Assembly (NCBI GenBank): GCA_964016885.1
Contig: OZ024757.1
Coordinates: 43,772,001 to 43,836,000, forward strand
DNA from: Eledone cirrhosa
Taxonomy: Eukaryota
DNA length: 64,000 nucleotides
Direction: 5' to 3'
Shown here: positions 1 to 8,690 of the stretch, piece by piece
Numbering within the stretch: the stretch's first letter is position 1
Layout: each line of letters begins with the position of its first letter
Translations under genes and position numbers: made by a program
Notes under the pieces: generated by a model
The model's input: the letters and a program-made list of their open reading frames with translations, nothing else
Databases searched by the model: none
Told to the model about the DNA's origin: nothing

Positions 1-257
1 GTATGCCATCCTCTTTCTTCCTGAGAGCGGTGAGGCTGGCCGAAAAAAAGAGGCCTCGAGCATAAGAGTCCAGGGCGCCATGGATGAGCCTATTGGTGAG
101 CGCCACAATTGCACTCAGAAGGCGGCGCCCGGCCTCAGCGGAGAGGGGAGATATCAACTCCTTGAGGAGGCCTGGTCAGAGACCATCAACATCTCCGCAG
201 CTGCTAGCTGGGAAGGACCTGATGGCGGACATGATGTCTGCATCAGAAGCCACAAGG
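1..257 (-). mobile_element. CRE-like RLE non-LTR retrotransposon relic, 5' part (unit U0, cut by window edge)
   Basis: Minus strand reads AIRSFPASSCGDVDGL*PGLLKELISPLSAEAGRRLL...LTALRKKEDGI, the pre-RT/domain 0-1 region; identical to 5921-6177. Confidence 0.85.
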
Positions 258-344
258 AGCAAGTGTGGATTACAATACAAAACCTCTGAGAATGATTTCT
301 AAGATATTTCACCATAATTAATTTTCATCAATATATATTAATAT

Positions 345-635
345 TATTATTGTTTATTAGGTCAGGTGGATTGGCCAGAACAATTCTACTCTTCTTTTTT
401 AGATGTCACGATTTTTCATGGCATTCCTGAGATCATTAATCTCCAGCTGGAGATCCAGAGACATCTGATGTATGTAGGTGAACCTCAGTCATCCCACTTG
501 GCTCTTACTATGTTTAGGTATCCACCACAGGAGCCAGCTCATCAGGTCATCCTACCCTCAGCAGCAATGTCCAGCATCTATTGATTTCCGCTCCCTAGTT
601 ATTGTGGTAATCTTCGATATCTGGGAATATATTTC
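345..635 (-). mobile_element. Old RTE-type LINE 3' relic (one per unit)
   Basis: Minus frame KITTITRERKSIDAGHCC*G*DDLMSWLLWWIPKHSKSQVG*LRFTYIHQMSLDLQLEINDLRNAMKNRDI*KRRV resembles the RTE C-terminus (RRLRFAGH...GRP..TY...DR..W); AAT-rich tail near 345. Repeats at ~6265, 16077, 21971, 27888, 33739, 39613, 48340. Confidence 0.7.
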
Positions 636-717
636 TTCTGCTTAAGGGAGTAATAAATATATAGTTTTAAAAAAAACATATATATACACACACATATATA
701 TATGTTGTCATTTATAA

Positions 718-860
718 GAGTTCTCTATCAAAAGCCTTCTCTATGTCCAAAGCTATGTATAGTGGCTTATTTTTCTCTAAGAACCTCTTTTGTAGTTGTC
801 TCACTAAGAAGAGGGCATCTGTTGCACTTTTCAGCGGCACAAAACCAAACTGCATCTCAT
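718..860 (-). mobile_element. RTE RT fragment (one per unit; truncated at 6757 in U2)
   Basis: EMQFGFVPLKSATDALFLVRQLQKRFLEKNKPLYIALDIEKAFDR; nucleotide-level similarity to 54800-54912. Confidence 0.9.
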
Positions 861-910
861 ACACATACATACATATACATACATACATACATATACACAT
901 ACATACATAC

Positions 911-1264
911 ATCATCATCATCATCATCATCATCATTTCGTTTTAAGTCCGCTTTTTCCCTGCTTGTAAGGGTGGGACGGGAACTGATTCTGGCTTGATT
1001 TCTACAGCTGGATGCCCTTCCTAACACCAACCTCATTTACAGTGAGTGCTGAGTGCTTTTTTGCCGTGGCACCTCCACGACCACTTTGCAGTGGAATGAT
1101 ATTGACCCCAGTCCCTATCATCTCATTTCTACAGCTGAGTAAACTGGAGCAATGTGAAATAAAGTGTCTTGCTCAAGGAAACAACACATCACCCGGTCTG
1201 AGAATTGAACTCACAACCTTTCGATTGCCAGGCCAATGCTCGAACCACTAAGCCATGTGCCTCC
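911..1264 (-). mobile_element. tRNA-derived SINE with CORE-like middle and RTE-derived 3' tail (U1)
   Basis: Head GGAGGCACATGGCTTAGTGG (A box)...GAGTTCAATTC (B box); CCTTGAGCAAGACACTT core; tail matches RTE 3' UTR at 41740-41820; ends in (GAT)n. Confidence 0.88.
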
Positions 1265-1740
1265 ATATACATATACATATACATACACATACATATATAT
1301 ATACATACATACATATATACACATACATACATACACATACATACACATATACATACATATACATACATAGATATATATATATACATAATATAAATATACA
1401 TACATACACATACATAAGCATATACACATAAGTATATATACATATACACACGTATATATACATATACATACATACATATATACACATACATACATATATA
1501 CATACATACACACATATATACATATACACATACATACATATACATACATATACACATACATACATATATATATATACATACACACACATATATACATACA
1601 CACACATATATACAAACACATACATATACACATATATACACATACATACACATACATATACATACATATACACATATACACTCATATATACATATACATA
1701 CATACACACACATACATACATATATACATATACATACATA
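1265..1740. repeat. Compound (TACA/TA/CA)n microsatellite (each unit except U2; expanded to ~740 bp at 49272-50008)
   Basis: Low-complexity tract seen directly; source of the Y/I/H/T- and M/Y/V/C-rich spurious ORFs. Confidence 0.95.
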
Positions 1741-2290
1741 AAGACAAATCCACCTCATGGACGAGAATGCAAGGGCTCCTCCTCTTTGTTTCGGCCGCGG
1801 ATGGCTAACCCTAACCCCATCCCCGCTCCCCACCGCTCCCAACCTCCAAACGCAATCCAAAACTTCAGAGTTGGTACCATTAATGTAGGCACCTTATAGG
1901 GTGGCTCTAACGAGGTTGTAGAAATGCTTGAACGTAAGGAGGTCGATGTTTGTTGTATTCAAGAGACCAGGTGGAGGGGTGGGTCTGCTAGATTCATCGT
2001 GGGTAAAGAACGATGCTATAAGCTTTTCTGTGTGGCAAATGACAATGGGCTGGGTATACACATACCACCCCACCACCCCACCGCAAAGTGGTCGTGGAGG
2101 CGCCGCGGCAAAAAAGCACCCAGCCCACACTGTAAAGCTGACGTGGAGGTGCCACGGAAAAATAAAAGCACCCAGCACTCACTGCAAACGGGGTTGGCGT
2201 CAGGAAGGGCACCCAGCTGTAGAAACCAATCCAGAATCAGCTCCCACCCCACCCTTGCAAGCATGGAAAAGCGGACGTATGATGAAGTTG
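1741..2290 (+). mobile_element. Bipartite RTE derivative: 5' UTR + start of APE joined to an RTE-type 3' UTR (per unit)
   Basis: MANPNP...[44 protein letters not shown] matches 60621-60870; from ~2065 it switches to 3' UTR sequence ending GGAAAAGCGGACGTATGATGA. Copies at ~11771 (partial), 17494, 23399, 29257, 35142, 40995, 50009 (partial). Confidence 0.85.
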
Positions 2291-2294
2291 ATAT

Positions 2295-2339
<45 letters not shown>

Positions 2340-2845
2340 TATATATATACACATATATATATACACACATATATATCAGTGTACATATATATATACATAT
2401 ATATATATATAAATGAATATTTATTCAATTTAAAGCGCCAATTATCTATATATAACAAGATATGAATTTTTCTAGGGATGGGGAAATTTTCAGTTTGTTT
2501 TTATATTTTCACTTCATTTTTTACTTTCTATTTAATACAGTCTTTGATCCAATATAATCCTGACAGTATTTGAACCAGTTTACCTCATATATATGTATGC
2601 ACACACAACACTCAAGTTTCGCCATCTACTGCTATTTCATTCATATTTATTGTTTAATTAACTCTGGTCTAATTCATCAACTATTGTTAATTATATTATT
2701 ACGTAGATTTCTTATAAAATCTAGTGCATATATACGTGTATATATACAGGGAGACACTGTGTAATAGATGTAAAGAGAGTTATAGAAGTAAAGAGAGGGG
2801 GAGAAATAAGCGGTAGATAGAGTAATAGATGTAAAGAGAGGGTTA

Positions 2846-3022
2846 GAACGTTCAACTTGACAGTCAGTACAATGTTCAGCATGGTAGCCAGTACATATGC
2901 CAACTACCCAACCGGCCAGCCAGCCGCATATGCGGTTGACTGGCCAGTTGGGCGGTTGGTATGTGGAACGTTCAACTACGCAGTCAGTACCAAAGTTCAA
3001 CATTGTAGCCAGTGCATATGCC
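2846..3022. repeat. 72-nt imperfect palindrome (2894-2965) bracketed by ~56-bp direct repeats (per unit)
   Basis: 35-bp arms around TA centre with 7 mismatches, all transitions; GAACGTTCAACT...CAGTCAGTAC...GTAGCCAGTRCATATGCC at 2846-2901 and 2966-3022. Copies at 12713, 18648, 24565, 30402, 36295, 45214. Confidence 0.9.
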
Positions 3023-3094
3023 GATCGCCGCGCCCTCTTTGCTCTATTTTAATGACCTGGAACTAAGTAAAAAGAGTAGGAGATAACTCGACAA

Positions 3095-3181
3095 GAGCGG
3101 AGAGGGTGAGATTCGAACCATGTAAAGTCGTTGGCTCCTGAACTTCGTAAGCGGGGCTGCTACTGACTGAGCAGCGCCGGC
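3095..3181 (-). ncRNA. tRNA-related Pol III-like sequence (A-box-like/B-box), not a canonical tRNA (per unit)
   Basis: GCCGGCGCTGCTCAGTCAGTAGCAGC (D-arm-like hairpin GCTGCT/AGCAGC)...GGTTCGAATC; anticodon, T and acceptor stems do not pair. 5' ends of copies at 13004, 18935, 24852, 30689, 36582, 45501. Confidence 0.5.
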
Positions 3182-3489
3182 AGCAAGGCAAATCGCGCAT
3201 AAAATAACGCTTATATCGACAAAAAAAAAAAAAGAATTTCAATGTTGCACTCTTGTTTGTTGTTCTTTTATTTTACGTAAACATTTCGCTGCTCTAGCCT
3301 CTTATTTCCTATTAGATTACACTTAATTCCATTAAACATTCATTCTTAGTCTCGTGGTAAACTATTTCATCTATATTTATATCGCTGTTACAGCCTTTTA
3401 TTTCTACATCTATCACCTATAGCCACTGTTACGCCGGTAGTATAAGTAGCTTTATAACAAGAAACGATGATATAACTCCACAAAATGTC

Positions 3490-3580
3490 TTCTTCAGCAA
3501 GACACTTCACTTCATATTGCTCCAGTACACCGAGTTACACATAGACAGATACATACATACATACACAGATAGAAATGAGA
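3490..3580 (+). mobile_element. Decayed SINE core fragment (per unit)
   Basis: CTTCAGCAAGACACTTCACTTCATATTGCTCCAGT...TAGAAATGAGA resembles the SINE middle CTTGAGCAAGACACTTTATTTCACATTGCTCCAGT...TAGAAATGAGA. Confidence 0.6.
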
Positions 3581-4210
3581 GGTAGATAGAGTAAAAGATT
3601 TAAAGAGAGTGTGAGAAGTACGAGTTAGATAGTGTAAAAGATTTAAAGAGAGGGTGAGAGTGTGACACACATTTATCTGTCTATCTCTCTCTATTTTAAC
3701 ACCGGTCGTTATAATTAGTTTTATAACACCGCTATATTACCGACATGAAAGAGGTAAATAATTATTTCTTAAATGTTTAGAACATGTTTCTCTTGTCTTC
3801 TTAAATGTATAGAACATGTTTCTTATTTATATTCTTAACATAGCTAGGACCTTATCTCATTTACTGGTCTCTACTTTTAGGGCTTTGCTGGTCCCATGTG
3901 CCCTCCATGAAGACACACTCGCCCCTTCTCTCTCAGTCTCCGTACTAATTACTACACATACGTATATATATTTATTTTAAGAAACCTTAATGACAAATAA
4001 TATAAAGTGTTTGTAAAGTGGGGAAGAGTAGTTTTACGGTGGGGTTGTTATATAGATATCGTTTTTGCAGTGGGGTCGTGACTGGCGTATAATAATGAGT
4101 CACTGTTGATGTATATACAAATCATATTTTGGATATAAGTGAAGTTATTGAAGAGATTTAGTTGTTTTGTATACATTCCAGTTGTTGTCTCCCTGTTTCT
4201 TCTTCAACAA

Positions 4211-6177
4211 CTATAACGGTACGCGATGGGGCCCACCCACAGCCCCGGCGGACAGAATGGAGAAGGCGTTTCCCCGGAGCACGGCAAGGGAGACGCGCTG
4301 GAAAAGCCACTCCAACTCGCGGGGCTCACACCTGCGGCTGGCCAGCTCAGCGCCTATGGTGGTGAGTAAGGAGGTAGCCCTGGGGCCGAAGACACCAGAA
4401 GTCTCCACTTCCAGGGGTACGACCGCAAACCTGTCGGAGAGTGAACGATATGTGAGGAGTTTGGCCCCCTCAGCCTGACGTGCAGCAGAACCTGGGCCAG
4501 TCGCAGACTGCACCAGGTTGCGGCTGCAGAAAGTGTCGGTGCAAGTGGCATCCCAGACGAGGGGTTTGCCACCGCGGAACGGGAAGATGGTCATGCCATC
4601 TAGCCTTTTGCCGTCCCCTCGAGCTGGGAAGGGAAGCCTGCAGCGTCCAAGCCATGCTTAATGACTTCGTTGAGGGCAGCATGGCGTGGATTGCGGGTGG
4701 AGGCCGAAAGAGTCCATGGTGGAACGGCAGCGACATTGGTGTGAGGCCGAGCCTCAGGGAAACGCCGATGCGCAAGCTATTGTTGTCTAGCTGCGTGCGA
4801 GTGGAGAAGGAGGGAAGGGCATGGAGCCAGGCCCCACTGTGGGGTTTGGAGGCTGCACGAAAACAAACAAGGCGGTGCTGGTCGAGCTGGCACGTGAGCC
4901 TGTCTGAGGCCAGGCTGCACTGGATGGCATCCCAAGTGTGTTGGGGGGGACTTGACGTCAACAGGGGGAGAAGGAGGAGGAACGTCTACTGGGCTAAGTC
5001 CCAGCCGGTCCCACGTCTCACAGGCGGCCACGCGTTCTCTGAACACAGAGGGTTCTGTTGTGTTTTGAAGAACCCTGCTGAAGAGGACGTGGTACGAGGT
5101 TACCGACGAAAGATATGCCGGCAAAGCTAGTGAGATCGGGGACTGGAGGCGAAGGTCGCCATACCTGACAGGTAAAGTTGCATATCTCATCGGCTGCTGC
5201 TCGGATACAAGTTTAGGTGTAGCACAGAGTGTATAGAGGAGCTTCGGCATGGCGTAGCAGTTCCTCAGCAGAAAGAGAACTGGGTGGCCATCAATCAAGC
5301 CCAGTCGGCTCGTGAGAGTCTGGACTTGATGGAGGAGCGGATGGCCAGCGGGTGGATCGGTGAGGGCATCCTCTTTGGGGGGTCACCTGAACCTGGCGGA
5401 GAATGGACCGCACGTCCAAGACGGAGACTGCAAAGCTTGCAGCATCGAGGCTGACATTCACCACCTCCGACTTGGCTGAGTTGACCTGGAGGTCGATTCC
5501 CGCCAGGGCAGGAACCACCGATTGAAGGTCATGGCAGACCGCCTGTACGGGCCCACCCAAAGTAGCATCATCCAGATACCAAACGTTGAGAGGGGCCGTT
5601 ATACTCCAGGCGATGTGGTCAATACCAAGGGTGAACAGGAGGGGTCCCAAAGGGTTGCCCTGTTGGATCCCAGTAGCCAAGGGTATGACCGTATCAGCAG
5701 CATGGCGCATGCTTGGGGCTCCATATGACAGGTAGGCAGAGGGGGCTCGGCTGAGGCAGGCCTCGAGCAGATGATCCCAGCGTAAAGAGTTGAAGGCATT
5801 CCTCATGTCAAACTTGACAATGAGGTGGCTGGAGGCCCTGGATGCCGGTTCCGAGTGTTACGGACTTGCAGATTACCTTGGCAGCCAGCCTCCGGAAGAC
5901 ATTGCCCACAGCAATGGGGCGTATGCCATCCTCTTTCTTCCTGAGAGCGGTGAGGCTGGCCGAAAAAAAGAGGCCTCGAGCATAAGAGTCCAGGGCGCCA
6001 TGGATGAGCCTATTGGTGAGCGCCACAATTGCACTCAGAAGGCGGCGCCCGGCCTCAGCGGAGAGGGGAGATATCAACTCCTTGAGGAGGCCTGGTCAGA
6101 GACCATCAACATCTCCGCAGCTGCTAGCTGGGAAGGACCTGATGGCGGACATGATGTCTGCATCAGAAGCCACAAGG
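4211..6177 (-). mobile_element. CRE-like non-LTR retrotransposon relic (RT + RLE), 5'-truncated, frameshifted (U1)
   Basis: RT motifs KKEDGIRPIAVGNVFRRL, KFDMRNAFNS, GIQQGNPLGPLLF, WYLDD; LPVRYGDLRL; HSGAWLHALP; RLE motif [26 protein letters not shown]...AEGAKLLTY...VETSGVFGP; split over several frames. Confidence 0.9.
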
Positions 6178-7119
6178 AGCAAGTGTGGATTACAATACAA
6201 AACCTCTGAGAATGATTTCTAAGATATTTCACCATAATTAATTTTCATCAATATATATTAATATTATTATTGTTTATTAGGTCAGGTGGATTGGCCAGAA
6301 CAATTCTACTCTTCTTTTTTAGATGTCACGATTTTTCATGGCATTCCTGAGATCATTAATCTCCAGCTGGAGATCCAGAGACATCTGATGTATGTAGGTG
6401 AACCTCAGTCATCCCACTTGGCTCTTACTATGTTTAGGTATCCACCACAGGAGCCAGCTCATCAGGTCATCCTACTCTCAGCAGCAATGTCCAGCATCTA
6501 TTGATTTCCGCTCCCTAGTTATTGTGGTAATCTTCGATATCTGGGAATATATTTCTTCTGCTTAAGGGAGTAATAAATATATAGTTTAAAAAAAAACATA
6601 TATATACACACACATATATATATGTTGTCATTTATAAGAGTTCTCTATCAAAAGCCTTCTCTATGTCCAAAGCTAAGTATAGTGGCTTATTTTTCTCTAA
6701 GAACCTCTTTTGTAGTTGTCTCACTAAGAAGAGGGCATCTGTTGCACTTTTCAGCGGCTTAATTAATTAATGAGGTTTAATTAATGAGGAATTTTGAGGT
6801 ATTTATAACAATTATTAATTATTTCATTACTGAGATATCATTTGAAGGACTTACTAATGTTTTTATTTATTAATTATTTTATTAGTAACTTAACATGTGG
6901 TTCTTGTATAAAATTATGTTGGAAGATTTTAGGAAGATGCTATGTAGCCGGTCGCGGTAAAATAGACGCCCAGGCTATGTAGCCGGTAAGAGTGTCAGAC
7001 TCCATGTGTTGCGGCCCTTTATGGTCTGAGTTAAGACAATTTAAAATCTTTTCCACCATCAATTGTTAAAAAACAAGTTAAAATCATTTTGTCGTCCATT
7101 TGTAACGTACGTTACACTT

Positions 7120-7856
7120 TAGTTACATACACATATACTATGTTACATACACACATCTACTGTGTTACATACACACACATCAACTGGGTTATATACACAC
7201 ACATCTACTGCGTTACATACACATCTACTGTGTTACACACACATCTACTGTGTTACATACACACACATCTACTGAGTTACATACACACACATCTACTGTG
7301 TTACATACACACACATCTTCTGTGTTACATACACACATCTACTATGTTACATACACACATCTACTGTGTTACATACACACACCTGTGTTACATACACACA
7401 CATCTACTGAGTTACATACACACAGATCTACTGTGTTACATACACACACATCTACTGTGTTACACACATCTTCTATGTTACATACACACAATCTACTGTG
7501 TTACATACACACATCTACTGAGTTACATACACACACATCTACTGAGTTACATACACACACATGTACTGTGTTACATACACACATCTACTGTGTTACATAC
7601 ATACACATCTACTGTGTTACATACATACACATCTACTGTTACATACACACATCTACCGTGCTACACACACACATCTACCGTGTTACACACACACATCTAC
7701 CGTGTTACACACACACATCTACCGTGTTACACACACACATCTACTGAGTTACATACACATATACTGAGTTACATGCAAACACACATCTACTCTGTTACAT
7801 ATACACATCTACTGTGTTACATACACATCTACTGTGATACACACACACACATCTAC
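7120..7856. repeat. Minisatellite, 22-24 bp unit CATCTACTGTGTTACATACACA(CA), roughly 30 copies
   Basis: Direct tandem repeats visible; produces the HIYCVTYT/HLLCYIHT ORFs. Confidence 0.95.
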
Positions 7857-8690
7857 TCATACATATTCATAAATAGACACACATTATACAAATAATTATT
7901 ACATACACACACATCTCTGTAATAATTCAGGAAGGAAGGGGCTGGTGAAACGCTATAGCAATGTGTGTGTGTTGTGTACCTTTCAGGTTTACCGGTTTCG
8001 TAGCCTATTTGAAGATTTTATTATAATTATGAACCTTATAATTCAATTAATTATGAATAATTTTGAGCTATTTATCACAATTGTTAGTTAATTACTAACA
8101 TAGTAACTTACCATATGGTTGTTATATAGAATTTTGTTGGAAGACTTTAATTTAGATAGGAACCATTTCCATAGTACGAGAACTAATTTTGGCTGGGTTT
8201 CTACCAAAAGGGTTAATGAAGAATTTTGAACAATTTACTAAAATTATTAATTATTTCATTACTAAGATAATGTGTGAATACACAATTATATGTGTGTATA
8301 TATATATAAACAGTATATATATATATAGTATATATATATATAAACAGTATATATATATATATAGTATATATATATATATATAAACAGTATATATATAGTA
8401 TACAAAAGATGTAGTGGGATAGTGTGTAGTCTTAAGACAAGTCTGTCCAGATAGCTGCGCTGTAACTTACACTTATTGGGACTGTGTGTTGGCAAGCAGG
8501 CCTGTATTTTGGGATCTAGCTGGTCCATTATGAGGGAGGTCTGGTTAGTTGGCAGCACCATGCCTTACTTGTGGTATATGTATGTATAGAAATAAGTTAT
8601 TGTATATGCATAACTGTCCATCTATATGTATACATGTATGTTTACTTATATCTTTGCATACATATATACATTTTCAGATGTATACACGTA

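Noticed and set aside
366-584. 72-aa plus-strand ORF after an AG acceptor-like site, as a possible repeated exon
   Set aside because: It is the antisense of a decayed RTE C-terminus and is broken by a stop in U8.
1805-1818. CTAACCCTAACCC telomere-like motif
   Set aside because: Only two repeats, inside the RTE ORF start (MANPNP), and different in the 60621 copy.
1189-1860. Long ORFs rich in Y/V/C/M/I or H/T/Y/I (also 7089-7895, 49196-50155, 59605-60573 and unit copies)
   Set aside because: Translations of stop-free microsatellites and minisatellites, open in several frames on both strands.
2720-2748. Helitron 3' end (hairpin then CTAG on minus strand)
   Set aside because: Hairpin is a TA-rich tract directly abutting CTAG, which is followed by A rather than T; no matching 5' TC boundary.
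3095-3181. Functional tRNA gene
   Set aside because: Acceptor, anticodon and T stems do not pair; kept only as tRNA-related.
2746-4196. 11-bp inverted match ACAGGGAGACA/TGTCTCCCTGT as transposon TIRs
   Set aside because: Short, no target duplication, and the right copy lies in the CRE 3' hairpin loop.
2400-4200. Spliced-leader, snRNA or 5S gene as CRE target in the unit
   Set aside because: I could not recognise U1, U2, 5S or an SL exon with donor and Sm site by eye; an Rfam scan is needed to exclude them.
4480-5130. 216-aa and 139-aa plus-strand ORFs repeated in each unit
   Set aside because: Antisense shadows of the GC-rich CRE coding strand; no recognisable motifs; disrupted in some units.
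7120-7856. CRISPR-like array
   Set aside because: Repeats are contiguous with no unique spacers; eukaryotic context; no cas genes.
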